A DNA stretch of 64,000 nucleotides from Candidatus Woesearchaeota archaeon (GCA_018303025.1 JAGVYZ010000018.1:5250-69249); one strand, 5' to 3'; shown: positions 9,926 through 19,957, counted from the stretch's first letter. Notes: generated from the sequence alone by a model not told the origin. Program-made: numbers and translations.

Positions 9926-10840
9926 ATGAAATTTCCAAAACTAAAAAATAAAGCAATCTTAGCTCCAATGTCAGGAGTTACAGATATTGCCTTTAGAGAA
10001 TTAGCAAGGAAATATAGTGCATCTTTAACATATACAGAATTCATCCATTCCAAAGCAATTCTTCATAATAATAATAAAACAAATGAAATGTTAAAAATCT
10101 CAAAATTAGAAAAGCCAAGTGCAGTCCAGATTTTCGGAAATTCAGAATCAGACATTCTAGAAGCAGCAAAATTACTAGAAAACAAATTTGATATAATAGA
10201 CATAAACTGTGGCTGTCCAGCATATAAAGTAATCAAGACAGGAGCAGGCTCAGCATTATTAGATTATCCAGATAAAATACAATCATTAATAGAAAAATTA
10301 GTAAAAGAAATAAAAAAGCCAATTACAATTAAAATCCGTTCAGGAGTAAAAGAAGTAAATGCATTAAAAATAGCAAAAATAGCAGAGCAAGCAGGAATCT
10401 CAACATTAACATTGCATGCAAGAACTCAAAAACAAGGTTATTCAGGAACAGCAGATTGGAATTTAATAAAAAAAGTAAAAGAACAAGCAAATATTCCAAT
10501 TATAGGCAATGGTGATATTTCAAGTCCAGAACAGTTCAAAGAAAAATTAGAATTTTCAAAAGTGGATTATATTATGATTGGAAGAGCCTCAATAGGCAAT
10601 CCATATTTATTTCAACAAATAAATGATTTTTTAAAAACAGGCAAATATAAACAAAAATCAAAAGAAATTCAATTTAAAGAATATCTAAAATTAGCAATAA
10701 AATACAATTTAGACTTTTCTCAAATAAAGAATCAGGCAATTTACTTCACAAAAGGCATGGAGAATTCAGCTAAATTAAGAAATAGCTTGGTTTCCTGCAA
10801 GAATATAGAAGAAATAAAAAACCTTTTTAAACTATCATAA
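9926..10840 (+). CDS. dus: tRNA-dihydrouridine synthase
   Basis: LAPMSGVTDIAFR, IDINCGCP, LTLHARTQKQGYSG blocks of Dus TIM-barrel enzymes. Confidence 0.85.
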   Translation: MKFPKLKNKAILAPMSGVTDIAFRELARKYSASLTYTEFIHSKAILHNNNKTNEMLKISKLEKPSAVQIFGNSESDILEAAKLLENKFDIIDINCGCPAYKVIKTGAGSALLDYPDKIQSLIEKLVKEIKKPITIKIRSGVKEVNALKIAKIAEQAGISTLTLHARTQKQGYSGTADWNLIKKVKEQANIPIIGNGDISSPEQFKEKLEFSKVDYIMIGRASIGNPYLFQQINDFLKTGKYKQKSKEIQFKEYLKLAIKYNLDFSQIKNQAIYFTKGMENSAKLRNSLVSCKNIEEIKNLFKLS

Positions 10841-10852
10841 AAGATTTATTTT

Positions 10853-11605
10853 ATGGAAAAAATCCAGGTAATAGTGTTAGCAGCAGGAAAAGGAAAGCGT
10901 ATGAATTCAGAAGAAATTCCTAAAGTTTTAATAGAAATAAACAACAAACCAATAATAAGTTATGTTTTAAAAGCAATAGAAGCAAGCAAAGTTTGCAAAA
11001 CATCAGCTATTGTAATAGGTTTTCAAAAAGAAAGAGTAAAGCAAACATTAGGAAATAACTACATTTACATTAATCAAGAACAACAACTGGGAACAGGCCA
11101 TGCAGTAAATGTCTGTAAAGAAGCTTTAGAAAATAAAGCAGAAAATATTTTAGTTTTATATGGTGACCATCCTTCAATAACAAGTTCAATGGTTAAAAAT
11201 TTAGCAGAATCTCACTTAGAAAACAACAATGTTTTAACATTAGGTACAATAAAAGTAGATAATTTTGAATCTTGGAAAAAAGCTTTTTATGATTATGGCA
11301 GGATAATAAGAAACAATAAAGGTGAAGTTTCAAAAATAGTAGAAAAAAAAGATTGTAGTGAAGCTCAATTAAAAATAACAGAAGTCAACCCAAGTTATTT
11401 CTGCTTTAATGCAAACTGGCTTTGGAAAAACTTAAGTAAAATAAAAAACAATAACTCACAAAAAGAATATTATTTAACAGACCTGCTTAACCTGGCTTTT
11501 ATCCAAAACCAAAAAATAACAGATGTATATATTGACCCAAAAGAAGGTTTAGGTGTAAATACTCTAGAGCAATTAAATGATGTAAAAAACTTATTGTTCA
11601 GGTAA
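10853..11605 (+). CDS. sugar-phosphate nucleotidyltransferase (GlmU N-terminal-domain-like)
   Basis: LAAGKGKRM start, QLGTGHA, LYGDHP; 250 aa, no acetyltransferase LbH domain. Confidence 0.7.
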   Translation: MEKIQVIVLAAGKGKRMNSEEIPKVLIEINNKPIISYVLKAIEASKVCKTSAIVIGFQKERVKQTLGNNYIYINQEQQLGTGHAVNVCKEALENKAENILVLYGDHPSITSSMVKNLAESHLENNNVLTLGTIKVDNFESWKKAFYDYGRIIRNNKGEVSKIVEKKDCSEAQLKITEVNPSYFCFNANWLWKNLSKIKNNNSQKEYYLTDLLNLAFIQNQKITDVYIDPKEGLGVNTLEQLNDVKNLLFR

Positions 11606-11983
11606 AGGAGAAGGAATAGCCCCAGAAGATAAATAAAACATTGTTTTTGTATTATCTCTATCAGTAACATAAAATTCATATTCACAATTTCCTACAGGTA
11701 ATTGTAAAAAATAGTCTGTAAGGGAAGAAGTATTAAACTCAATATAACCACTAACAATAGTACTATCTTCTTTTTTAGCAGCATAATCTATTCTCAAAAT
11801 TCCATTTAAATCTTTAACTAAAAAGCCTAGTTTATTACCATGTTTAACCCAACCCACATAACTTGGAGAGTTAGTAGAATCAGAAACAACAGTAGTTTCT
11901 AAAAGCATGGGAACAGGTTCAATCTGTGGTTTAGCACATCCCATAACAGTCAATAAACCTAAAGTAGCAAGGATAGTTCTCAT
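11591..11983 (-). CDS. putative lipoprotein, unknown function
   Basis: Signal peptide ending in lipobox-like LLTVMGC. Confidence 0.45.
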   Translation of the reverse strand: MRTILATLGLLTVMGCAKPQIEPVPMLLETTVVSDSTNSPSYVGWVKHGNKLGFLVKDLNGILRIDYAAKKEDSTIVSGYIEFNTSSLTDYFLQLPVGNCEYEFYVTDRDNTKTMFYLSSGAIPSPLPEQ

Positions 11984-12034
11984 AAAAAAGAATAAACAAA
12001 AAACTTTATAAACCTAACATTATCGATAATATTA

Positions 12035-12150
12035 AGACGGCCATAGGGGCTTGGTCATATCCGATCCCATTTCGAACTCGGTCAATCAAGCAAGCCTCCG
12101 TTTCAAGCTGTACTGCATTTTATGCGGGAACCTCGAAAAGCTGTCTGCCT
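12035..12150 (+). rRNA. rrf: 5S ribosomal RNA (stand-alone)
   Basis: GGCCATAGGGG...CCGATCCCATTTCGAACTCGG...GTACTG...GCGGGAAC matches 5S conserved blocks; terminal helix GACGGC (12036-12041) / GCTGTC (12140-12145); ends approximate. Confidence 0.85.
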
Positions 12151-12256
12151 TATATTCTCTCTGAGTCAAAAAAGCTCTTCTAAGCAAAATTTATATATTC
12201 TCAAAAATCTATATTACCTATAATATTATAAACAAAAATACGGAGGTAAAGACAAA

Positions 12257-12604
12257 ATGGCAAAAGAATATAGCCTTGGTGGTATATTATTTACAGTAGG
12301 CTTGATTTTAGCAGCTATAATCGCTGTATTTAGTTATGCAAATACACCAACATGGGCAATAATAACAATAGCATTGCTAGGTTTAATAGTAGGCTTGTTA
12401 AACGTAAAAGACAGTGAGATGCAGATGTTCTTGATAGCATCAATAACATTCTTAATAAGTTTCCAGGCATTGAGCAATGTATTTACTACATTAGCCTTAG
12501 GTTGGCAGGCAATAGCTAGCTTCTTTGACTTAATGAGTCTATTTGTAGCACCTGCAGCAGCTGTTGTAGCAGTAAAATCATTGTTTAAATTAGCAAGAGA
12601 CTAA
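12257..12604 (+). CDS. integral membrane protein, unknown function
   Basis: 115 aa, four hydrophobic segments; GGAGG 10 nt upstream of ATG. Confidence 0.5.
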   Translation: MAKEYSLGGILFTVGLILAAIIAVFSYANTPTWAIITIALLGLIVGLLNVKDSEMQMFLIASITFLISFQALSNVFTTLALGWQAIASFFDLMSLFVAPAAAVVAVKSLFKLARD

Positions 12605-12670
12605 ATCTCTTGTTTTTTTTCTTTTCTTTTTATACATAAACTTTAAATCCTAAACAAATTAAAATTTTGT

Positions 12671-13387
12671 ATGGCTTTTATAAGAAAAACAGTTTCAATA
12701 TTCATGATATTATTTGGTTTAATTGGAATAATAGCTTCATCAGCAGCATTTTATTATCTAGATAATTACCAATTCTCACCAACTCTAAAAGACCCAACCC
12801 AGTTAACAGATTCAATAGATGAAATATTTACAGCAACTTCTATTACAATGGAAGATGCAAGTTTGTCAGCTAAAAACGCAGGAACAAGCCTAAGAAGTGC
12901 AAAAGAAGGATTAAGTAATGCAGGAAAAACAACATTAACAATCCAGGATAGTCTAAAAACAACAACATCTTCATTAAGCTCAGCTTCTTCAATGCTAGCT
13001 GAAACCTCTTCTTTATTTAATTTATTAAATATTTCTTACACAAAACAAATTTCACAAAATTTTAATACAGTCTCAACAGAAATAGCTTCAACTTCCTCTT
13101 CATTAAACAAGGTTTCATCTCAATTTGGAACATTATCAGAAAATTTAGAAACAACAGCAGTAAACCTAGAAAGTAACGCAAAAGACATGGAAAAATTAGG
13201 ACAAGATTTAAGTCAGGTAAGTGTAAAACTAAACACATTATCATTCAAGTTTAATGCAATTACTAACCAGGATTATACACCATATTTAGTTAAAGCTCAA
13301 TTATTCGGAAAAATATTTTTAGTTTACTTAGCAATATTGCATTTAATGTTCTTCTTTACAGGAATTTTCTTATTTTCCAAGGATTAG
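12671..13387 (+). CDS. membrane protein with Ser/Thr-rich helical ectodomain
   Basis: N- and C-terminal TM helices flanking an S/T/N-rich repetitive region. Confidence 0.5.
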   Translation: MAFIRKTVSIFMILFGLIGIIASSAAFYYLDNYQFSPTLKDPTQLTDSIDEIFTATSITMEDASLSAKNAGTSLRSAKEGLSNAGKTTLTIQDSLKTTTSSLSSASSMLAETSSLFNLLNISYTKQISQNFNTVSTEIASTSSSLNKVSSQFGTLSENLETTAVNLESNAKDMEKLGQDLSQVSVKLNTLSFKFNAITNQDYTPYLVKAQLFGKIFLVYLAILHLMFFFTGIFLFSKD

Positions 13388-14496
13388 TCTAAAACCTTAA
13401 TAAAAGCAGCATTGCCATCAGAAATATAATGAACTCTTACTTGTTCTAATTTTGGTTCATATATACTCTTACGATTTTCTCCAAAAATATTTCTAAAATC
13501 TCCAACATATAAAACTAATGAATTAGCAGGTTTAAATAAAGCAGATCTTAAACAATGAAAACTAAAATCTTCATAAAATCTCCAATTCTGAGAATCTAAC
13601 ATTATTTGCAATCTTCTTTTTCTAAACATTATTTCAGAAAAAACAGTAGGAAGATGATGAGAACTAGCTTCCATAGAAGCATCTTCTTCAATCATTTTTG
13701 GTTTATCTCTAAAATTTCTAGTGTACTGCAGAGTTAATAATAATTCTTCTCCATCTTTTTTTGTTGCTCCTCTTACTAATCTACGTAGTCTAAAATGACC
13801 AGTTTCATAAGGATTATTCCCAAGTTTAAAATCAGGTGAAAAGAAATCAATTCCTCTGTGCACTTGAAGAGCAAAATGATCTCTCGTTCTATTTCTATTT
13901 TCTACACTCTGCACTTCAACAGAATAACAATGATCTTTATCTAAAAATCCTCTTATTTGTTCATATAACTCAATCAACTCTCTAGCTTCAGACATAGTTA
14001 AATTTCGCCCACGTTCAGTAAAGTTTTCAACATCATTATCAATTATTGAATAACAAGAAGGAGATAAAGTGAAAATATGATATTTGCCTTTGACAGCAGA
14101 GTCAGCAAAAATAGTTCTATTTGTTCCATGGATAAATTTCCAAGCAGAATGAGAAAAATCTCTAACAAATGTATCATAATCTAATCCTAATAATTGACAA
14201 TGTAGTTTAATTTTTTCTATAGCAACATTTCTATTTTTTAAAATTGCACTTGTAAAATCTTGATTTACACCATCCCCTAACAAATCATTCAATGTATTGT
14301 TTGGAAATAAATCAGAGCTTCCTTCATAATCTTGCCAATGCTCACTTCTTAATAAAATTGTCTCGTTTTCAACATCCTTTAATGCATCATCTATAGAATC
14401 ATAAACAGGTGCTACTCTAACTCCTTTTTCAGCTAAATATCTAATTATCTCTTTTTTAGGTTGCACTATTCTTCTTCCAACAAAAGTATCAGTCAT
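13384..14496 (-). CDS. hypothetical protein (orphan, 370 aa)
   Basis: Long ORF; R/D/H/W-rich composition unlike its neighbours; TATA-like ATTTTAAGG upstream; no family recognised. Confidence 0.5.
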   Translation of the reverse strand: MTDTFVGRRIVQPKKEIIRYLAEKGVRVAPVYDSIDDALKDVENETILLRSEHWQDYEGSSDLFPNNTLNDLLGDGVNQDFTSAILKNRNVAIEKIKLHCQLLGLDYDTFVRDFSHSAWKFIHGTNRTIFADSAVKGKYHIFTLSPSCYSIIDNDVENFTERGRNLTMSEARELIELYEQIRGFLDKDHCYSVEVQSVENRNRTRDHFALQVHRGIDFFSPDFKLGNNPYETGHFRLRRLVRGATKKDGEELLLTLQYTRNFRDKPKMIEEDASMEASSHHLPTVFSEIMFRKRRLQIMLDSQNWRFYEDFSFHCLRSALFKPANSLVLYVGDFRNIFGENRKSIYEPKLEQVRVHYISDGNAAFIKVLD

Positions 14497-14530
14497 AAAA
14501 ATAATAAAACAAAAAACCTTAAAATGTTAA

Positions 14531-14911
14531 CTAAATTCTTCCAAGAATTAGTTTAATCTTCTCAGGCAATAAGTTTATTTTAGAAACATTTTTTACAATC
14601 TCAAGGTTATATTTACCATTTTTCTTATCTTTAAATTCTTCTCCCTTCCCATCACCAAGAATACCTTCTAAAATAGAACATTCATAAAAAATCTCTTTCT
14701 CATTATAGCAATTATTTTCAATTTCAAAAATCTTTTTTCCAACTTTAACTTTCACCCCCAATTCTTCAAAACATTCTCTGACAAGTGCATCTTTAGGTTT
14801 TTCTTCTTTCTCAACATGCCCCCCAGGAGTACAATAATATTCATTCCCTTTCCAAAATCTATGAAATAACAAATAACCTTTCTTAGTTTTAATTACAGCA
14901 GAAACTCTCAT
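14531..14911 (-). CDS. NUDIX hydrolase
   Basis: Nudix box GGHVEKEEKPKDALVRECFEELG; 4-nt overlap with the upstream TrmB gene. Confidence 0.8.
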   Translation of the reverse strand: MRVSAVIKTKKGYLLFHRFWKGNEYYCTPGGHVEKEEKPKDALVRECFEELGVKVKVGKKIFEIENNCYNEKEIFYECSILEGILGDGKGEEFKDKKNGKYNLEIVKNVSKINLLPEKIKLILGRI

Positions 14912-15615
14912 TTAGCTATCTTCCATAAAAGTTCAAAGTATTTTTTATAACCTAAAGAAATCTCTTTATTTTTAATAACAATAGCAAATGGATTTTCCTT
15001 ACTCCATAAAATAATAGCAACCTTCTCCCCATAAATGTTTACAGCCAAAGGAGAAGAATATTTATTAGGTAAAAATCTTATCTCACTTAAAGGAATATTA
15101 ATCTTCTCAGTATTTTCATTAAAGATTATCTTAACATGAATTTTATTCTCTTTTCTTCTTTTATCAAACCATTTAAAGTAAAATTGTAATATCTCATAAG
15201 CAAGTGGAGAAGCACCTAATATCAAAATCTCTTTCTTAGTCTCAATCTGGTCTTCAAAAACAGTCTTTAATCCCTCTTTTCCTTTATAAAAATAAATTTC
15301 TTCCTCATTTTTTACACTATCATAATGTTTTAGCATTAAAGGTAATATTTCATTTAATTTCTCTTCTTTTTCCTTGACAATTTCTAAAAACCTGTTAGGA
15401 GAAGCAGCTCGAAATATCTTTTTATTATTCTTAACAATGAAAGAAACAAGTCCTTTTTCAATTAATCTCTCAATAGAATCATAAACAGTTCTTCTATGCA
15501 ATCCAGTTAATCTTGAGATTTCACCAGCAGCAGATTCCCCGTTTTTCAATAAAGAGCCATAAATTAAAGATTCATTATTAGTTAATCCCAGTTCTTTCAA
15601 AGTTTCCATATCCAT
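14908..15615 (-). CDS. TrmB family transcriptional regulator
   Basis: N-terminal wHTH LGLTNNESLIYGSLLKNGESAAGEISRLTGLHRRTVYDSIERLIEKGLV; paralog of 23923-24675. Confidence 0.8.
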   Translation of the reverse strand: MDMETLKELGLTNNESLIYGSLLKNGESAAGEISRLTGLHRRTVYDSIERLIEKGLVSFIVKNNKKIFRAASPNRFLEIVKEKEEKLNEILPLMLKHYDSVKNEEEIYFYKGKEGLKTVFEDQIETKKEILILGASPLAYEILQFYFKWFDKRRKENKIHVKIIFNENTEKINIPLSEIRFLPNKYSSPLAVNIYGEKVAIILWSKENPFAIVIKNKEISLGYKKYFELLWKIAK

Positions 15616-15648
15616 ATTAGACTAATAAAAAGCAGATATATAAATCTA

Positions 15649-15668
15649 GTGGTAATCTATATCACCAC
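15649..15668. promoter_or_regulatory. imperfect palindrome between divergent TATA boxes (candidate operator)
   Basis: GTGGTAATCTATATCACCAC (arms GTGGTAAT / ATCACCAC) between TTTATATAT (minus gene) and ATTTTAATATAAA (plus gene). Confidence 0.45.
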
Positions 15669-15703
15669 ATATTTTAATATAAACTTCTTCATTCTAATTT
15701 TAC

Positions 15704-16063
15704 ATGGTAAGAAGACAAATGATATGGGATAGAAGAAGTCACGCACCTAGTTTAGACTCTCCAGAAGTCCATACTTATACTTTCTTCATGGTTGGTAGTT
15801 TAGAAAGAATTGCAGCAACCTGTCAAAAAATTCTAGAGCAATTAGGTGCTTATGAAGAACCATCAGTAATAGCCAGAGGAAGTATTACAGGTTCTCAATC
15901 AGCATATATTGTTTACAAGTTTGATTCGCCCAAAGCAAATTTTGAAGGAACAGATATAGTTCGTTATAGCAGAAGAGATAGAGGATTAGGAGATATTTCT
16001 GATTTAGATGCATGGTGTGAAAGAAGAATATACGAAGGAGGAAAACAAAATGCAAGAAGTTGA
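15704..16063 (+). CDS. hypothetical protein (orphan)
   Basis: 119-aa ORF divergent from the TrmB gene; overlaps the next ORF. Confidence 0.45.
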   Translation: MVRRQMIWDRRSHAPSLDSPEVHTYTFFMVGSLERIAATCQKILEQLGAYEEPSVIARGSITGSQSAYIVYKFDSPKANFEGTDIVRYSRRDRGLGDISDLDAWCERRIYEGGKQNARS

Positions 16064-16541
16064 AACATATAAACGAACTGCTGGAGAAGGTACAATATCA
16101 ATGAGTGTATTTTTTGAAGATTTATTAGAGCGAGGAAGAATAAGTGTTTTTGATACAACCGGAATTAAACAAGATAGAATAACCGATTCTTTTCCATCAA
16201 CATATATTATTGTAGACAATCAAACAAAAAGAGCTTATTTATTAGGTTTCAGAAGTCATAGTGAAGAATTAAATGAAAGAAACAGTCAAACAGTTCACAA
16301 TGCAACCTTCATGCATAGGCTTCCAGCAGGGTTTAGAATAAGAGGAACAATATTTGCAGAAGATAGTTCAGGTTATCCTTATCTTCCAGGATTGCACCCA
16401 GATGCAAGATTATTAGTAACAAAAGATGATGATTATATCTCAATGGATGATACAGGAAGCATAAGCAGTTCAAGAAAAACAGAATTAATGGGTGAACGAG
16501 ATTCATTAATGGATAGAGTAATAGAATTTGTTACAACTTAA
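16050..16541 (+). CDS. hypothetical protein (orphan)
   Basis: ATG at 16050 preceded by GGAGG (16037-16041); the track ORF starting at 16008 is probably too long. Confidence 0.5.
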   Translation: MQEVETYKRTAGEGTISMSVFFEDLLERGRISVFDTTGIKQDRITDSFPSTYIIVDNQTKRAYLLGFRSHSEELNERNSQTVHNATFMHRLPAGFRIRGTIFAEDSSGYPYLPGLHPDARLLVTKDDDYISMDDTGSISSSRKTELMGERDSLMDRVIEFVTT

Positions 16542-16996
16542 TTTTTCTTTTTTCTTCCATGCTTCATTGAGCTTAAATTGTTCTTAACTTCATAAAATAT
16601 TTTTACATATCCGACAATTAAAACTATAAAAAATACAAACAAGCTAATTAAGCCTTCAAAGTTCTTAACAAAAGAAAATACATCCTGTTTAATCAAAACA
16701 TTAGACAACAAAAGTAAATCAACTAAAAACCCAACTAATAGAACACTTGAAACAGCATTAAACAAAGGCCCAACTAAATTAAATGGAAAATCAAGAGCAA
16801 AAAATATTTCAGCAATTAAAAATATGAGGCTGATAACAACCAATAATCCAACATTAGAGTTTAGAAAGCCCAGTATTAAATCAGAAATATTACTACTGAT
16901 AAACTCATTAATATAATTTGCAACAAGTAAAAGCACAATGAATACCAATAGTCCAACTAATTGTGAAAACAAAATATGAGTAATCGGCTTTTTCAT
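16538..16996 (-). CDS. integral membrane protein, unknown function
   Basis: 152 aa, four hydrophobic helices. Confidence 0.5.
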   Translation of the reverse strand: MKKPITHILFSQLVGLLVFIVLLLVANYINEFISSNISDLILGFLNSNVGLLVVISLIFLIAEIFFALDFPFNLVGPLFNAVSSVLLVGFLVDLLLLSNVLIKQDVFSFVKNFEGLISLFVFFIVLIVGYVKIFYEVKNNLSSMKHGRKKKN

Positions 16997-17084
16997 ATAT
17001 CCAATAAGAAAAACCTTTATTTAATTCTTTCCTAAATTGTTCCTATCTCAAAATCTTTATAAGCAAATATATTATAACAAAATC

Positions 17085-18044
17085 ATGTCAATAGATGAAA
17101 AAATAAAACTAATCAAGCAAAATACAGCAGAAATAGTAACAGAAGAAGAATTACAAGAACTTTTAAAAAATAAAAAACAGCCAGTTGCTTATTGTGGATA
17201 TGAACCCAATGGACCTTTACATCTTGGCCATTTTGTGACAATAACAAAATTAATGGATTTAGAAAAAGCAGGTATTAAAATAAAAGTTCTTTTGGCAGAT
17301 GTTCATGCATATCTAAATAGAAAAGGAACAGAAGAAGACATTAAAAAAGAAGTAGAAAACTGGAGAAAAACAATAAAAGCAATAGGTGTAAATGCAGAAG
17401 TTGTTTTAGGTTCTTCATTCCAATTTAAGCAGGATTATCAAATGGATATAATGCGTTTATCTCAAGCTTCAACAATCAACAGAGGACTAAGAAGCATGCA
17501 AGAAATAGCAAGAGACATTGAAAATGCAACAATCTCTCAATTGTTATATCCATTAATGCAAGTAGTAGATATAAAATATTTAAATTGTGATATAGCAGAA
17601 GGTGGCTTAGAACAAAGAAAAGTTCATATGATTGGAAAAGATATGGTAAAAATAACAAACCATCCTTTCATAGCAATTCACACCCCATTAATAACTTCAT
17701 TAAAAGGCCCAGGTAGTAAAATGTCAAAATCAATTCCAGGTTCAGGAATTTCAGTAACAGATTCTTATGAAACAATTAAAGATACAATAAAAAAAGCATA
17801 TTGTCCTGAAAAAATAACAAAAGAAAATCCAGTCCTGGAAATAGCTCAGTTTATTATCTTCCCAAGAATCAACAAATTAAAAATAAAAAGACCAGCTAAG
17901 TTTGGTGGAGACATTGAATTCTCAGACTACAAAGGATTGGAAAAAGCATTTGAAGATGGCAATGTTCACCCAATGGACTTAAAATCAGCTGTTACAGAAT
18001 ATTTAGAATTAATCATCTCACCTATAAGAAAGAACTGGAAGTAG
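17085..18044 (+). CDS. tyrS: tyrosyl-tRNA synthetase, archaeal type
   Basis: YCGYEPNGPLHLGH (HIGH-class motif), KMSKS; start moved to ATG 17085 (MSIDEK...) with TATA-like sequence upstream. Confidence 0.9.
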   Translation: MSIDEKIKLIKQNTAEIVTEEELQELLKNKKQPVAYCGYEPNGPLHLGHFVTITKLMDLEKAGIKIKVLLADVHAYLNRKGTEEDIKKEVENWRKTIKAIGVNAEVVLGSSFQFKQDYQMDIMRLSQASTINRGLRSMQEIARDIENATISQLLYPLMQVVDIKYLNCDIAEGGLEQRKVHMIGKDMVKITNHPFIAIHTPLITSLKGPGSKMSKSIPGSGISVTDSYETIKDTIKKAYCPEKITKENPVLEIAQFIIFPRINKLKIKRPAKFGGDIEFSDYKGLEKAFEDGNVHPMDLKSAVTEYLELIISPIRKNWK

Positions 18045-18059
18045 TTTTTATTTTCTTTT

Positions 18060-18464
18060 TCAGGAATTTTTCTTTTTCCAAAAGAAAAACCTAATTACAA
18101 CAGCCATCATTATAATAGTTAAAATATCAATAGTAATACAATACTTGCATATAGTTCTCAAAACAAAAACTTGCACATAGATTAACCAAATAGAAAATAA
18201 ACCACCAATCAATATCAAATAATCAACAGCTTTTTTATTAAATAATATACCAAGTAAAATAAATGAAAACCCAATTATTCCCAAATAAACTAAAGGTATT
18301 CCAAAAATAGAAGAATATATACTATTTTGTACTTGAATACAACCACCATTGATAAAGCATTGTTCAGGATTAACAACTTTCTCAGTATTAAGCAGAACTA
18401 TCAAAGATAAAATGATATTAATTACAACAATTAATGTATAAAAATAATATTTATTGAATTTCAT
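18060..18464 (-). CDS. vitamin K epoxide reductase (VKOR) family membrane protein
   Basis: Loop cysteines CFINGGC followed by S..FGIP..YLG, and a CKYC (CXXC) in a TM helix. Confidence 0.65.
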   Translation of the reverse strand: MKFNKYYFYTLIVVINIILSLIVLLNTEKVVNPEQCFINGGCIQVQNSIYSSIFGIPLVYLGIIGFSFILLGILFNKKAVDYLILIGGLFSIWLIYVQVFVLRTICKYCITIDILTIIMMAVVIRFFFWKKKNS

Positions 18465-18808
18465 TCTTGTACATATTTTTTTATTTTCTTATTTAAAAAT
18501 AGTTCGGCTTTTTTCAATTCACTTCCTAAATAAGCAGCATGGTCTAATCGGGTTATCCATTTCCTGTTTATCATTTCATGACAAATATCATCTGCATTTT
18601 TTCCTTTAATTATCCTGAACATTTCATTTTTCTTATTAACCTGCCCAGCATAAATAAAGCCTTTTTCAACCTTAATCAAAAAATAACCTTTTTTATCCAA
18701 AGTTATAAATTCAGGTCTTTTTCCAGCATTAATCTCAGGAATATTCTTTAAAATAAAAATAGGACTATGTTTTTTTCCTTTAACTTCAATTATTTTGGCA
18801 ATTTTCAT
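18461..18808 (-). CDS. small conserved protein (possibly DUF4346-like)
   Basis: 115 aa; ...RLDHAAYLGSELKKAE... ; 4-nt overlap with the VKOR gene; family assignment from memory only. Confidence 0.4.
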   Translation of the reverse strand: MKIAKIIEVKGKKHSPIFILKNIPEINAGKRPEFITLDKKGYFLIKVEKGFIYAGQVNKKNEMFRIIKGKNADDICHEMINRKWITRLDHAAYLGSELKKAELFLNKKIKKYVQE

Positions 18809-18848
18809 ATTTATATACTAAAATAGTTATTTTTAAAAGTTTAGTAAT

Positions 18849-18875
18849 CAGGTTCGTAAAGGGTGAAACCCTTAC
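18849..18875 (+). repeat. family A repeat copy
   Basis: caggttcgtaaagggtgaaacccttac; hairpin AAGGGT-GAA-ACCCTT. Confidence 0.75.
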
Positions 18876-19013
18876 ATGACAAACAAAAAAGTAATAATAT
18901 ACTCAATAATAGCCTTAATCTGCATTGTTTTAACCTTTACAATAAACTGGATTTTCATAGTTCCAGCTTTTATTTTAATGATTTTAAACCAAAAAGAAAT
19001 AATAAAGAAATAG
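18876..19013 (+). CDS. possible 45-aa membrane peptide
   Basis: MTNKKVIIYSIIALICIVLTFTINWIFIVPAFILMILNQKEIIKK*; below the ORF-track cutoff; starts right after a family A repeat. Confidence 0.3.
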   Translation: MTNKKVIIYSIIALICIVLTFTINWIFIVPAFILMILNQKEIIKK

Positions 19014-19055
19014 GTGCCCCACATTTTCTTATTTTTTAGATTTTGTGGTCACCTT
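19011..19055. repeat. 45-bp imperfect palindrome, copy 1 (3' flank of fic)
   Basis: TAGGTGCCCCACA-N-TGTGGTCACCTT; direct repeat of 19958-20001. Confidence 0.8.
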
Positions 19056-19949
19056 CTTCAATGTCTTTTTATATTGATTTATTATAAATCTTAGCATAGG
19101 TTTTACATCCTGTATTAAATCATAATCTCTTAAACATTTATAATATTCCTGCCTGTCTTCTAAATTTATATTAACAGGAGGATAATTATTTCTTATTAAA
19201 ATATAATTTAGTAATAATCTACCAACTCTTCCATTTCCATCTTGAAATGGATGTATATATTCAAATTGATTATGAATTAAAACAGAAAGAACTAATGGCT
19301 TGAACTTATCTTTATTCTTTTTATACCAATCAACCATTTCAAGCAAAGCAGATTTTACTTCTTTTGCAGGAATACCCTGATGTATAATTTCACCAGAAGA
19401 ATTACTTATTACAACTTCAACATTTCTTAATTTTCCAGCAAAATGTTTTGATTTTAAAAAACAAAGTTCATGTAATCTTAAGATTAGATTTAATGATAAA
19501 TCCTCTGAAGTAGTTCTAATAAATTCAATTGCATTAGCAACACCTTTTGTTTCTTCTTCATCTTTATTTTTGGCGTGTCCTTCTAAAATATCAGGAACTT
19601 CACTCTTTTCTACACTAGAACCCTCTATAGCATTTGTATTATAAACAAATTCTTCAGTAAATTTCTGCCATTCAGATTTATCAAAATGAAGAATACTTAT
19701 CTTATCATTATACTTGTTGAGTTTTTCAATTTGATTCTTTGTTAGTCTAAAAAGAAAAACCTCAGTGCTTACATTCTTAAAAATATTCAAAATTTTTTCT
19801 TTTGCCTCTTTTTTTCTCTTATTAATCTCATCTTTTGACAAGTTTGAACCAAGATACTTTCTTATTTTTTGAACACTATTTTTATCCCTATAAGAATGAA
19901 CCAAATAGTACTTTATGCTGTTCCCTGATTTTCTTTTTTCAATGTACAT
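19029..19949 (-). CDS. fic: Fic/DOC family protein
   Basis: Fic motif HPFQDGNGRVGRLLLNYIL (HxFx[DE]GNGRxxR). Confidence 0.85.
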   Translation of the reverse strand: MYIEKRKSGNSIKYYLVHSYRDKNSVQKIRKYLGSNLSKDEINKRKKEAKEKILNIFKNVSTEVFLFRLTKNQIEKLNKYNDKISILHFDKSEWQKFTEEFVYNTNAIEGSSVEKSEVPDILEGHAKNKDEEETKGVANAIEFIRTTSEDLSLNLILRLHELCFLKSKHFAGKLRNVEVVISNSSGEIIHQGIPAKEVKSALLEMVDWYKKNKDKFKPLVLSVLIHNQFEYIHPFQDGNGRVGRLLLNYILIRNNYPPVNINLEDRQEYYKCLRDYDLIQDVKPMLRFIINQYKKTLKKVTTKSKK

Positions 19950-19957
19950 ATAAATGT

